NCBI GenBank assembly: GCA_013239625.1
Contig: MU053629.1
Location: forward strand, 4,801,567 to 4,865,566
DNA length: 64,000 nt
From: Lama guanicoe
Lineage: Eukaryota
Reading direction: 5' to 3'
The first letter of the stretch is position 1. Every line of letters begins with the position of its first letter. Positions 21,404 to 35,391 of this stretch are shown piece by piece. The notes beneath the pieces were generated by a model. That model saw nothing but the letters and a program-made list of their open reading frames with translations. It made no database searches and was not told where the DNA came from. The translations under genes were made by a program, and so were the position numbers.

Positions 21404-23649
21404 GCTCCGCGGAAGAAGATCCTGGCTTCTGCGCCGACTCACTCCTGCAGAGCCTTTAGCAGGCGCTTCGGAAGTGGACGCTGCGCAGCGTCTGCAGCCC
21501 GCCAGCGCTTTCCCCAGCTCCCCTCCAGTGCCTTTCCCGGCTACACGCCGCTGCACACCAGGCATTTCTTTTTTGCTCCGGCCTCCAGAGATTCCTCCCC
21601 TGCTGGTGCCCATCAGAAGTCTCTCGAGTGAACTGGAGAGGGGCTCCAAAGCCAGCCTCGAGCCCCGGGCCCTATGGTACTTGTATGGAGACATGTCTCT
21701 CCTCGCATCGCTGTCGCCTGGCCTCCGTCTCTACTTGAGACGAGCTGAAGTGTCTCTGAGGCAGCAGACGAGTGGGAAGGAGCCAAAGCAAAGAGCCCCA
21801 AAGCATTGGGGGAAGCATTTAAGACAAGTCGCATTCATCTGCCATTTGGAGCCAACTTGAAATTGGCAAGAGCTGTTACCGCCCTGAATCATGGGAAGGA
21901 TGGGGAAACAGCCCCCACCCCCACCCCCACCCCCCGAGAGAAAAAGTGATGGGCCTCTGGTGGCACAGCTAGTAAATGGCAGAAATAGGACAAGAACTCA
22001 GTTCTCCAGGACGCAAACCCGGAGCCCTTGGGGAAGCCAGACACACTCGGAGATGGTCCAACTTGGGCCACTCCAACAGAGAGGGTCCCTGGACATCCCT
22101 CAGGGCGCAAACCAAAATGCAGTGGCTGAAAGGGCTGACATTGCTGAGTTTTAAGTATTGACATGGTAAGATGATCACATTTGCTTTTTTAACGTGTATA
22201 TGTCTACATACACAATTTCTAAGCAAATATAAATACCAAAGCCAAATATAAATGAAAAGCAAACAGAAAACAGCCAGACTGCCCACAGTGGGCTCTGGTG
22301 GTTGGAATAGTAGTCTGAGGGAGGATTGTTCAAATTATTCATTCCTCACATATATACACCAGAAGGGAAAAGAATGATACACTGTTTGTTTGACAAAAAG
22401 TAATGCCTCCTCGTTAAAGAGTTGGAAAATACAAGAGTATGAAGAAAATAAAATTCATCAGTAATCCCCTTGCCTTCCCGTAGACATTGATGTTTTTCTT
22501 TCTAGCTATTTTCTTTCTCTACAAAACGTGAATAACAGTATTAACTGTAAAGGAATGATTTGAAGATTGAGTGAGAGAGTGGATATAAGAGCTAACATTC
22601 CAGAAGTGTTCACTATTTTATATATATAACAAATTCAGCACCACACTATATATGTATTTTTATATGCTCCTGTTTTTACTTACAGTGTTGCTTCATGAAC
22701 AATTTCCCATGTCAACTCTTCTTTAAAAATGATATTTTCAGTGATTGCACACAATTTTATTATATTTAAGAACAGTTTATTTAACCTATCTGCGATTATT
22801 GAACCTTTAGATTGTTTCCAATTTTTGCTCTTAAAATAACAGTGAGATTAACATCTTTAAACATCTCTCCTTGTCAGCATTTCTGATTGCTTCCTTAGAG
22901 GGGTTTCTGGAGGTAGGATTACTGGGACAAAGGGTGCAAATGTTTTTCAGGCTTTTGATTCAAGTTACCAAATTGCTTCCCAGAAGGATCTTGCCAATTT
23001 ACCCTCCCACCTGCAGTGCGTGGGAATGCCTGTCCCACAGCGCACAAAGGAGGGATTTTTTGGGGATGGGTGAGATTTGATTATGTTGCTGGACTGAGGA
23101 GAAGGAGCCCTGTAGGGAGGGAGGGTTTAAATTTCAGGAGAGAGAGGAGGTCTAAAGGAGTGAGGTCCCTGGTAGAAAGGATGGCACATTTTGAAGCACA
23201 TTTACAGGAATTGTCTTGCATTTAAGAAAAGACACCTCATTTTCTGAGACTGGTGAAAAAAGGTGTGAATGGATGTGGATATATGGTCACTGTAAGTAGG
23301 TGGGTGAGATTCAAGAGAGCTAGTCCCTAGGAGTCCCCTTTGCTCAATAAAGTAAGAGGCTGAGTCATCTTTTCAAAGGTAAAAGGTGAGGGCTAAGGAG
23401 GAGACTTGAGGGGCTGAGGAATGCTACCCTTTTACTGCTAGAGAGTAAGAGCTGACAGTCCAGTTGTAGTGGACGACCTTGAGTTTGCGATGGCACAGTT
23501 CTTAAGGGCTGGGTGTACTTCACAGCAGGAAGCTACCTGGGGAAAGAAAACGCTGTACTCTTATTCACTGAAACCAAACCTTTCAAAACATGGGGTAGAC
23601 AGTAGAAAACAATGAGGCTGGAAGAATCATGATAGTAAAAGGTTTATGA

Positions 23650-25900
23650 ACTTCTGGAGTTGTACCAAACTTTCAAGGAACAGTTAATTCCTATCTTATA
23701 TCAGTTTTTTCAAAAAATGAGAAAAGAGTAAAAGCTGCCCAGATCATTTTATGAAACCAGTGTCATCTTGGTTCCAGAGTCATTAAGAACAAAGCAATAA
23801 ATGAAAAAAAAAAAGCTTGTTTCAACTATGACGTAGAGATAAAAATCCTAAATAAAATATCAGCTAACTAACCCAGTCATATAAGCGAGTTATATATTTT
23901 GAAAAATATATTTTAGTTAAATAGGGTTTATTCCAGGAGTTTCAGGTTGGCTGAGCACCAGAATTCACCTCATTAATAAAGGACAGAAATCATACAGTTA
24001 TCTCAAATGGTGAAGAAAAAGCATTTGGTAAAATTTATCACCTATTTGTGATTAAATAATAATTTAGGAAACTGGATATAGGAGAGACATTCTTAACTTG
24101 GTTAAGGAAATATATCAAAAACTTAAAGTAAACATTATACTTAATGAAGAGACTTTAAGTGCATTTTTTTTAAGGTCTGGAAAAAAATAAGGACTCCAAC
24201 TATACTGTTACCATTCAACATATAATAATGGAGAGTCTAGACAAAGCTATTGGGAAGAAAGAATAAGAAATAGAATAATTAGAAGAGAAGAGAGAAAACT
24301 CTCATTATATAAAGATGATATTTTCATCTTGAAAAACAAAGAGAAGCAACAGATAAGCTGTTAAAACTATTAAGAGAATTCAATATGCACCCCAGTGTTC
24401 ATAGCAGCACTATATACAATAGCTAAGACATGGAAACAACCCAGATATCCATCAACAGATGACTGGATGAAGAAGATGCGGTACATATATACAATGGAAC
24501 ACTACTCAGCCATAAAAAAGAATTAAATGATGCCATTTGCAGCAATATGGATGGACCTGAAGATTGTCATTCTAAGTGGGCCAGAAAGAGAAAGAAAAAT
24601 GCCAGAGGACTTCATTTATATGAGGAACCTAAAAAATAATAACAATAATAAAAAGAACACAAATGAACTAATTATTATTTTGATTTCTTGAATATGGGTA
24701 AGCACATCTGACTGTCCTTTACAATTGGATTACTGCATTCTGTTGATTCTTATTTTGTAGTTGGCTTTATTCTTTTGATAACTGTGTAAGTTAAAAAAGC
24801 TAAAGATCTAATCTGTTCCTAGAAACAATAATTGGTACATTATGTAAACTAAAAAAAAGTGCAGTATACTGTATATGTGTATTTACATGCAATATAATGT
24901 GTATGTGCAGTTGTACTGTAATAATTCTACCTAATAAAACTGTAAAAGGAGAAAAAAATAAAAAATTTTTTAAAAGAGAATTCAGTAAAATCACTAGATA
25001 CGATACTAACCTAAGAAAATAAATCCATAACGTTTCTCTTCACCAGCAGTAACCAATCTCTAGTTACAATAGCAGCAGAAATGCATGTACAAAACCTGGG
25101 AATGAACTTAACCAAGAATATACAAGAAACCTCTGGAGAAAACGTTAAAACTCTAAAAAAGGATGTAGAAATTAACCTGAATAAATGGTAGGAAATTTTA
25201 TGCTCTTGGATGAAATGACTTAATATTATACAGGAGTCAGTTCTTTATGAATTAACTTATATATGCAATGAAATTCTTGTAAAAATTCCAGGTATGTTTT
25301 TCAGGAACTTGATAAACTCATTCTAAAATTTATATAGATGAACAAGATGAAGTCAGCCTTACAAGAGTAAAGAGCAGCACACTGGAAAGCTATATAAAAA
25401 GCCATACAAATTAAAACAACACTGATTTGCACAAAACCAGACCAACAGACCATGGGACAGAAGAGAAAACTCAAAAGTCAGACCATGAGTATATGCTTGG
25501 GAAGCTTCACACATCAACGAAGAAGGGGCAATAAAACCGGCTTACTAGATGGAGAGAAACAAAATGGAATTCCTCCTTGATTCCAAATAAAAGTGTACAC
25601 TCGAAATGACAAAAGCCCTTAAGGTGAAAAATAAAACACTAAAGCTAATAGAAGAAAATATAAGAGAGTCTCTTCGGGACCTGGATTGGGAAAGGAACTC
25701 CTTATACAAAACTTCAAAAGCACAAACCAGAAGGGGAAAAAAAAGGATTAATTTGATACGAAAATTAAGGATTTCTGTTCAAAAGAGGATATTGTGGACA
25801 ATAGAAGAGAGAATGTAATAGAAGAGAGAATGTAAATCTAAAAATGATAAGGGATTAATTCATAGAACATACTAGTAACTCATACACACCAAAAGGCAAA
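23650..25900 (+). mobile_element. Old L1 ORF2 (reverse transcriptase region) remnant, interrupted
   Basis: A-rich degenerate L1 ORF2 motifs (AAAATCCTAAATAAAATA, GAAAAAGCATTTGGTAAAAT, GATGATAT, CTAAAATTTATAT). Confidence 0.8.
24383..24973 (+). mobile_element. Younger 5'-truncated L1 nested in the older L1
   Basis: L1 ORF2 C-terminal and 3' UTR sequence with an A tail. TSD AAGAGAATTCA at 24372-24382 and 24974-24984. Confidence 0.8.
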
Positions 25901-25901
25901 A

Positions 25902-28900
25902 GAGAGACTTCCAGTTTCCAGTGGGCAAGTGAGGTGCTTGGAAGTTGGCACTCTATCCTACAGGTTAAAAGCTGACCAAACTGAAAAGAAACAACTCTTT
26001 TTAGATCTGTCAGAGAACTGAGGACACAGAGCAAACCACTGCTCCAAAAACTGGAGACACAGACAGAGGTTCACAACATACCAGAACGGAAACCTGTGAA
26101 CAGAAACTTCCCTGGCAACCAGTTACAGGGTAGGCAAGGCTGAACTGTGATTGGTGACTTGCTGGAGGCTCCGCGTGGACATGTCTGAGGTTTCGAAACG
26201 CCAGGGGGCCCAGGCTTATAGGGGCACCCAAACTTTTGTGAGTTTTAACCTCTAGCAACTCTACCAGGTTCTCACGGCAAATGTCAGAGACAAAATCAGG
26301 TCATGCTTCCAGCAGGGGGAGAGAAAAAGTAACCATTTTGTAATATGTCAGAGGGCTCCGTTCTTCCTAACACCCCCAGAAGAAACTCTTTTACCTGAGC
26401 CTAAACAACTGGGGTTTTAGCAGTCTAACCAACCTGTGGAGAAGGAAAATCCCCAACTCCAGCCAGTGCTAGCCATCCTGTCCTACTTAAGGGAATGAAA
26501 AAAAAAACAAAAACAAAAAACCTGAGAAACACTTGTAAATGTCACAGCCCAGAGGTACCGGCTCACTAAAGGTCTGTGACCTAATCGAAGGACTGCAGGA
26601 CTCCCCTTCCCACGCCCCCATTTGACCACGTGACTGCAGGCCTATTTACAGCAGTTCCTTTTATCCAGGACCTCATGTCTGGCTTTCAAAAAATAAATTA
26701 CCGTGCATACTTAAAGGCAAAAGGCATAGTTTAAAGAGACAGAGCAAGCGCCGGAACCAGCCTCAGATCTGGCAGAGCTGCTGGAATTATCAGACTAGGT
26801 TTTAAAATAACTGTGATTAACATGCTAAGGGCACCGAAGGATCAAGTAAACGACATGCCAGAACAGATGGCAATCTGAGCAGAGAGATGGCAATAATAAG
26901 GCAGACTCCAAAAGAAATTATTAAAGATCAAAAACACTATAACAGAAATGAAGAATGCCTTTGCTGTAGTCATTAGCAGACTGGGCATGGTTGAGGAAGG
27001 ACTCTCTCAGCTTGAGGATATGTCGGTAGAAACTTCCAAAACTGAAAAGCAAAGAGAAAAATGACTGAAAGGAGAGAATAGAAAATGATAGCCAAAGCCT
27101 GTGGAGAAACTGTCAAACGTGTAACATACACATAAGAGGAATACTAAAGAATGAGAGAAAGGAACAACAAAAACAAAAAATTTGAATCAGTAATGACTGA
27201 GGATTTCCCAAAATTAACATCAGACACCAAAACACAGATCCAGGAAGCTCAGAGTATACTAAACCAGATAAATGCAAAAACCAAAAACAAAAACGAAACA
27301 AACAAACAAACAAAAAACCCCAAAACAGGACACACAAAAAAACAAAGCCATTATATCTAAATATATTATCTTCAAACTGCTGAAAATCAAAGATAAAGAA
27401 AAAATATGGAAGGAAGCGGGGGGAAAAACACCTTACCTATAGGGGAACAAAGAAGAATTTTATCTCATTTCTCAGAAACCATGCAAGTAAGAAGAGACTG
27501 TAGTGAAATATTTCAAGTCTTGAGAGAAAAAAATCCCCATCAACTTAGAATTCTGTATCCTGAGAAATTATCCTTCAAAAGGGAAGGTGAAATGAAGGCT
27601 TTCTCAGCCAAACAAAAATTGAGGGAAGTTGTTGCCAACAAACCTACCTTGCAAGAAATGTTAAAGGAAGTTCTTCAGAGAGAAGGAAGTGATACAGGTC
27701 AGAAACCTGGACCTACATAAGAAAGGAAGAGCATTATAGAAGGAATAAGTGAAGGTAAAATCAAAACGTTCATTTTTTGCATTCTTAATTGATCTAATGT
27801 GTAACAGTTTATTCAAAATAATAACAGAAATGATGTATTCAATGATTATAGCTTATGTGTAAATGATTGAACGACAGCACTAATCCAAGTCATGAGAAGA
27901 AGGAATGAAGAATACTTGGTTATTGTAAGTACTTGCAGTACCCATGAAGTGGTACAGCGCGATCTGAAAGCGGGCTTAGATTTGTTGTAAAGGTATAGTG
28001 CAAACTCTAGCGAAACCTCTAAAACAGAGTTTGAAAAGAAGCACAACTGATATGCTAAGAAAAGAGAGAAAATGGAATCATATAAAATGCTCAACTAAAA
28101 CCACAAATGGCAGAAAAAATATAGAAGACAAAAATAGAAGCAAAAACCAGAGGTAACTTATAGAAAGCAGTAACAAACATAGTAGATATTAATCCAACTA
28201 TATCAGTCGTCATTTTTAAATGTCAATGGTCTAAATATACCAGTTAGAAGACAGAGTGTCAGAGCGGATCAAAAGACATGATCCAGTTATGTCATCTATA
28301 AGAAACCCACTCTAAATATAAAGACACAAATACTTTAAAAGTAAAGTTCCGTTCTTCTGCCCATATTTTAAATGGGTTGTTTGTTTGCTTTTTAACTGAA
28401 GTACAGTTGATTTAAAATGTTGTATTCCTTTCTGGTGTACAGCATGGGTGCACTTGGACTTCCATTATGCTAAGTGACATAAGTCAGACAGGGAAAGATA
28501 AATACTGTAAGATACCACTTACATGTGGAATCTCAAAAATACAACCAACTAGTGAATATAACAGGAAAGAAACCGACTCACAGATGTAGAGAAGGAACTA
28601 GTGGTTCCCAGTGGGGAGAGGGAAGGGGAGGGGCAAGATGGAGGGGGAGGGTTAAGAGGCACAAACTGTCAGGTATACAATCAGCTACAGGGATGTATTG
28701 TACAACATGGGGAACGTGGCCAATATTTTATAGTAACTATAAATGAAGTATAACCTTTAAAAATTTCTGAATCACTATGCTGTATACCTGTAACATGTAA
28801 TATTGTACATCAACTATACTTCAATTTAAAAAAATATGATATTGTAAAATAAATACATAAATAAATTTTAAAATAGTTGAAAAAAGTAAGGGGGTAAAAA

Positions 28901-29715
28901 AAAGTAAAGGGATAGAGAAAGTTAATGATGATAACATCAATTAAGAGAAAGTTGTATTAATTTCAGACAGAGAAGACTACAGAGCAAGGAGTCTTCAGGG
29001 ATAAAGAGAAGCACTATATACAATAAAAGGATCAGTTCTCCTAGAAGACATGATGATCCTTAACATGTATGCACCTAACAATATCCAAGGCAAAACTCAT
29101 AAAACTGCAGGAAGAAATAGATGAATCCACGATCATAGTTGGAGACTTCAACACCCCCTCTCAGAAATGGACAGATCAACGAGGCAGAAAATCAGTAAGG
29201 ACACAGTTGAACACAAATTGTCAATCAAGTGGTTATAACTGATGTGCGTCCTACAAATTTGGAATGCACATTCTTCTCAAGCTCATATAGAACATTCAAC
29301 AAGATAGACCATTCACCAGGACTGACCATACTCTTGGCCACAAAACACACCTTAACAAACTTAAAACATAGAGATCTTACAATGTCTGCTGTTAGACCAT
29401 GATGAAAATAAACTAGAAACCAATCACAAAGATGGCTGGAAAATCCCACAATACTTGAACATTACACAGCACACTTCTAAATGACACGTGGGTCAAAGAA
29501 GAAGTCTCGAGAAATTTTAAACTATTTGGAATTAAGTGAAAATTAAAATACAACTAATCAAAAATTGTGTGATGCAGCAACAGTAGAGCTTAGAGAGGAA
29601 TTTGGAGCATTGATGCATGTGTTAGAAAAGCAGACAGCTCTAAAATCAGTGATCTAAGCTTCCATCTCAGGAAACTAGAAAAAGAAGAGCAAATTTAATC
29701 CAAAGTAAGCAAAAG
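25902..29715 (+). mobile_element. L1M 5' half: 5' UTR, decayed ORF1 and ORF2 endonuclease region
   Basis: ORF1 C-terminal peptide (SETMQVRRDCSEIFQVLREKNPHQLRILYPEKLSFKREGEMKAF...LQEMLKEVL, 27406-27720). Endonuclease motifs LNVNGLN (~28217) and IVGDFNTP (~29135). Confidence 0.9.
28347..28899 (+). mobile_element. Nested L1 3' end with an inverted 5' segment
   Basis: Interrupts the host endonuclease region. TSD AAAAGTAAAG at 28337-28346 and 28900-28909. The first ~100 bp are antisense L1 sequence. Confidence 0.65.
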
Positions 29716-32700
29716 GTAGCAGGTCCTAGAGAAAAATGGGCAAAGTTTATCAACAGGCAATTTATAAAAGTCATAACTCAGACAGGCCTATGAAGAGACT
29801 TAAAACCATCAGTAATCAGAGAAGTTCAATGATGACAACAATGAAATATCACCTTACACCTATGAGACTGGCAAAAATTGGAAGGCTAGGAAAGGCCAGA
29901 TGTTAGCAGGTACGTGGAGACGTGAGCTCTTTTGTGTGCTGCTGGAGGAGTTGCAGGACAGCCAAGCTTTCTGGGGAGCAGTCTGGCACTGCATAGACTA
30001 GATGTATATACATAGCCCAGGACACAGCAGATCTCCTCCTGAGTGGATATACCAAACAAATGTCCACATGGGTCCATTAGAGGATGTGGATTAGAATGTC
30101 CACTGCTGTGTTATTCTGATAGGGGGCGATCATACCCATTCAGCTCTCCACCCGCGGAGGAGCAGAGGGGGACGGTGTGGAAGATGCTCATGTAGCAGTT
30201 AGGGAACCAAGGGATTCGATGCCTACATAGCAACAGGAATGGCCCTGAAAAACAGTGCTGAGTGACAAAAGGAAGAAGTCGAATGAGATAAATTTTTCAA
30301 TACCATCCCTGTAAGTTAAAGTACACTCATATATCTTTGTATACTGTGTGTATGTTATTTAGCAATTTAAAACATGCATACCAGGGGCGGGGGGAGGTGA
30401 TGAATAGGTGGACCACAGAGGATTTTTAGGACAGGGAAAATACTCTGTTATGATGAACCATAATGATGGATACATGTCTTTATATATTTGTCCAAACTTG
30501 TAAAATGTACAATAAGAGTGAACCCTAATGTGAACTATGGGCTTAGATGATTATGATGTGTGTGTGTGTGTGTGTGTGTTTAACAATTTCCATTTAATTA
30601 AAAAAAAATTCCTATGGCGAGGTAATTATGTTTGTTTATTTATTTTTAATGGAGGCACTGGGGATTGAACACAGGACCTTATGCATGCTAGGTGTGCACT
30701 CTACCACTGAGCTATATCCTTCCTCTGATTATGATGTGTTACTGCTGGTTCATCAGTTGTTAACAAGTGTACCCTCTGGTCGGGGATGTTGGAAACAGGG
30801 AAGGCTAGGCATGTGTGGGAACAGGGGGTATATGGGAAATCTCAGTACCTTCCTCTTAATTTTGCTGTGAACCTGAAACTGTTCAAAGCATAATAGTCTT
30901 TTTAAAAAAGATAAATATAAAAATTTAAAAATGCATATACAAAACAGCTTGAAATGGATCATAAACCTAAATAAATCTAGCAGCTAAAACAACTTCTAGA
31001 AGGAAACATAGGCGAAAATCTTCGATTTGGGGTTAGGCAAAGATTTTTTAGAATTAAAAAAAAAAGAATAAATGGCTAAAGAAAAAAATTGATACATTGA
31101 ACCGAATTAAAAACACTGGCTTTTTAAAAGACACTGTTACAAAAATGAAAAGGTGGCCCATAGCCTGGGAGAAATATTTGCAAAACACACATACGATAAA
31201 GGATTTTGTCCTAGTCATTAATTTTCTCTCTTTCTTTTTTCTTTCTTTCTTTCTTTTCTTTTTTTTTTTTTTTTTTTTTTATGATAATGGAGGTGCTGTG
31301 GAAATATTTCACCTACACTAATACAATCACTGGTATGGTGTTATGCCAGTAGAGGATGCTGGAAGGACAGTGAAAGAGTGGCCTGTGGCCGGCACAGTGC
31401 AGGATCTCCCGCCCTGGGCTCCCACAGGGTGCAGCTTGCTCCATTGCCTGGCTCCTGCAGAGGGCAGCTTCCCCAGCTCCCAGTACTGGTAGCCCAGGGC
31501 AGTGCCCAGCTGCTAGAAGCTTCCCTCAGCACATTCTCAAAGTGATATGTCACTGGCAAGTCACCTGACTGTGGACAGCTTCTTCAAACATTCCTAAGGT
31601 GACTTTGTAGCAAGTTCCAAGGTCTGCGCCTCCCTGTAGACAACATTCCATTCCCACAAATGGCCAATTTCTAGTATCGCCTGGTGAGCCATCTAAGTGT
31701 CACGCCCAGCATCCAGTGGACCACCCTGTGCTCTCTCCAGCAAGGTCTGGAGCCTCTCCTTGGACACTCCATCTCAGCCCTGCCAGGAGTGCCTGTCCCT
31801 GTTTGCTATTCCTGTATTCATCAGCATTCTCTTGAACTTTTATGAGTCAACTCCCTATGACTCCAGTCTCCTGTTAATAATTCTCCTGAATGGACCCTGA
31901 CTGATACTGACTTATACCCAGAATATATAAAGAAAACTCAAAACACAATAACAAGTAAAACACACAACCTGCTAAAAAAAAAATGAAGAAAAGGTTTAAA
32001 CAGACACTTTACCAGATAAGATGAATGGATGGCAAATGAGCACATAAAAAGATCTTCGATAGGATTAGTCATCAGGGAATCAGAAATTAACACCATGAGA
32101 TAATACTGAACTGAAGAATAAGCTCATATCGAAAAATCTGACAATGCCAACTACTGCTGAGGACACAGAGCAACTTATACTTAGCTGGAGGGAGGCAGAA
32201 TGGTGCCTCCCTTTGGAATACAGTTTCTTATAAAGTTAAGGATACATGCACATATATAGCTCATTCTTTCAAATTGCATAGCCTTAAAGACAAGTGATGT
32301 TGAGGATCTTTTACGTGCTTATTTGCCATCCGTTTATCTTCTTTGGTGAGATATCTATTCAGAAGTTTTGCGTATGGTTTAGTTGGGTTGTTTGTTTCTT
32401 TTTTTGTTTGTTTCTTTTTTTACTGTTAAGAGCTCTTTATATATTTTGAATACAAGTCCTTTATCAGATACGTGTTTTATAAATATTTTCTCAGCCTGTG
32501 ACCTTCTCATTCTCTTAACAGCATCTTTTGCAGAGCAGAAGGTTTTAATTTCAATGAAGTCGAACTTTTCCATTTTTTTTTTCTTTTCTGAATCATGCTT
32601 TCAGTGTTTTATCTCGAAAGTCATTGCTAAATACAAAGTTTCCTAGATTTTCTCCTGTCTTCCTCTGGATGTTTTATGGTTTTCCATTTTCCATTCAGGT

Positions 32701-32870
32701 CTATGATCCATTTTGAGTTAGTTTTTATGAAAGGTGTAAAGTCTGTGTCTAGATTTTTTTTTTTTTGGCATGTGGACACCTGGTTGTTCTAGCACTGTTT
32801 GTTGAAAAGACAACCCTTTATTCCATTGAATTGTCTTTCTCCTTTGTTGAAGATCTGCTGACTATTACTG
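29716..32870. mobile_element. Cluster of L1 ORF2 and 3' fragments (mostly +, 32280-32870 on -), with an LTR-like insert at ~31335-31910
   Basis: L1MC/MB-type 3' end at 30385-30915. ORF2-like peptide EKFDFIEIKTFCSAKDAVKRMRR on the - strand (32379-32573). Confidence 0.7.
30580..30725 (-). mobile_element. Vic-1-like SINE with an adjacent (TG)n tract
   Basis: Reverse A/B boxes. TSD TGATTATGATGTGT at 30548-30561 and 30726-30739. Confidence 0.85.
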
Positions 32871-35391
32871 AATGTAAATTATATTTCAATAAAATTGAAA
32901 AGGAAAAAAATACATGCACACAAAACTAAAAATTACATATTTTTAAAATTTTAAACCGAAGTATGTACTTTAAACACAATAGAGTGATTGCCGGGGAATA
33001 CGGGAGGGTATGTGGAATGGCTGTGAAAATGAGTGAATGAATGAATGAATGGAACAAGTGAGGGGTCTTGCACAGACCATTGATGATCATTTCGGTGGAC
33101 TGAGTAAACTGTTCTCTCTATCCTGGGAACTGGGCCACCCAGCGAGAAAGTGTATTTCCCAGCCCCACCTTACTACTTGGTGTGACCATTTGACTAAGCT
33201 CTCACCAACGGCATGTGAATGGAGGTGACTGTGCAACTTCCAGTTTCATATTCTTAAAGATCTTTGCTCTGTACTCGACCTTCTATTTGGTTGTGATGCA
33301 AAAGATGGGCGTGAGCAGCTCTCTCCCACTCACTCCATCCACCAGCACAGGCACACATAACACACACACTGGATTTCTGGGCACATAAAGAAGAGGAGGG
33401 AAGTCTTGAGGGCATGAGAGGATAAGCATGAACATTTTGCTCAAACAGGTAGGTCCATACCTAATCATTATATTTATTCCACGAGAAGTTATTTATCAGC
33501 ACCGCCCCAACATTGAAAAGTAAATATCACAGTTAGATTTATAACTCACATGAAGTTAAGGTTAAATTTTTGCATTTATGTTCCTTTGAACCTTTTTTGC
33601 ATAACTTTGTTTTGAGTCTGTCTCTTATGAGGCATACGGTTGATTTCTTTTTAATCTAAACTGTGAGTCTTTGTCTTCTAATCAGGGGTTTTAACGCATT
33701 TACATGTACTGTTTTGATTATGCATTTTGTTTTTGATAACCTTGCTTATGGCTCATGCTTACGATATTTATTTTTTCCTGCCTTTTGTTATGCAGACTGT
33801 GTTTTGTTTGCTTTTATCTTGCTATGATTTGGAAGATAGATACCCTATTTTTAAATTCTGCTAGGGTTTATTTGAAGGTTTTTAAAATAGATTTTTTGTT
33901 TCAAAAAGACCCACACATCTTTATTGTCAAGTCTATTCAGCAATATATAACCAAACAAAAATATCAGTGTTCCCTGGAGAAATATCTTTTTTGTACCTTA
34001 GCAAGCTGCATCCAAATGAGATGCTACAGATTCCCATATCCCCGCCTCCTCCCTTTTTGGCTTAGTGGGTTGCATGGTAAGAGTCTTGGACTTGGTGCAA
34101 AATAATTATGTAATTTATCACACACACTGATACTCAGAAATCCAGCTTTAATCTTCTTCAGTGACCCTTTTGTTCATAGCTGATCTTATTAGTTTTTTTA
34201 GAATTTACTGATAATGTAGTGATTTTTCTTTTGTTTCTCAGCCTTTTTTTTTACCCTAATGACATACAAAATGAAGGACAGTCACATACAAGGCACATTT
34301 TCATGGACATAACCTATTTTTGAGGAATATCAAACATTTTGCAGACAAGTAAAATAAATAGCCCCTCAGACTTTTTTTTGGCATGCTGTTTATAAAAGCA
34401 TTTCATAAACATATGAGTAGTAAAATCAACCCTTTAGAGAACTCAAAAAAAACCCTTGTCTTTCTATAAGAAAAAGTGCATAATTATAACCAACTTAATT
34501 TTTTAAATATGCAGCTCTATTTAAATTAAAATGTATCTTTAATAAATTTTATTTTCCCCACATCTTCACACCAGAGAATATTAGGAAAGCAACAAATACG
34601 TGCTGTTGCAGAAAAAATATGAGTTCATCTTATTTTACTACTTAAAATTATAAGGGGATTTAAATCTGTGCATCGACGTGACCATGATCATGACAAACTG
34701 CCCTTGCACCATCAGTTTGTGTTTGATTCGGTGACCGTCGCTGCCACCGGGTTCCTAACAGAAGTGATCCCCCTGCCAGACTGTTTTCTGTGCCTTCTCG
34801 ATGTGGATGCAGCCTTTGTGTTTGATTCACCTGCGCTGCCTCCTTCCCTATTAAGAATTTATCTATGGGTAAGGTCAAGAAGAAAGTGAAAGTAACTGTA
34901 AGAATCAGGACTCACAGGCACTGAGATCGTTTATAATCCCCACGACGATCCGTGGTGCCAAGTCAGGGCTAATTGCCACCAGCTGAGGTTGAGATAAGTT
35001 GTGGGGTGTGTGCATTTTCGGAGGGCTCACTGTACCAGCCACGTCTCTGCTTGTCAAGAAAGCGTGTTGTAATTCAAGGGAGAGAGTGCTTTATTATTCT
35101 TACATGCACTCCGAGTTTTCACGGTTAATTAATGAATTAATTTCAAATTAGGAAATATTCCAGGCAATCAAAGAAATACAGTGAATGATGAGGCAAAGAA
35201 CAGTATACTCTTCACCTAGCTTAAGAGATGACACATTGGAGAGACAATGAAAGCTCCTTCTGATTAAAACAAAACAAAAACCCAAACTAAACCCCTCCGC
35301 TTTTATGAAGTACCATCTACTAATTTATTTTTATGAATAAATAGTTTCCAAAATTCATTTATTTTTTAAACTTTTTGATGTCCTTTTATAG

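Noticed and set aside
25800..25836. 17-bp tandem duplication (others at ~39789 and ~61582)
   Set aside because: Ordinary local slippage duplications with two copies only, not an array or CRISPR-like structure.
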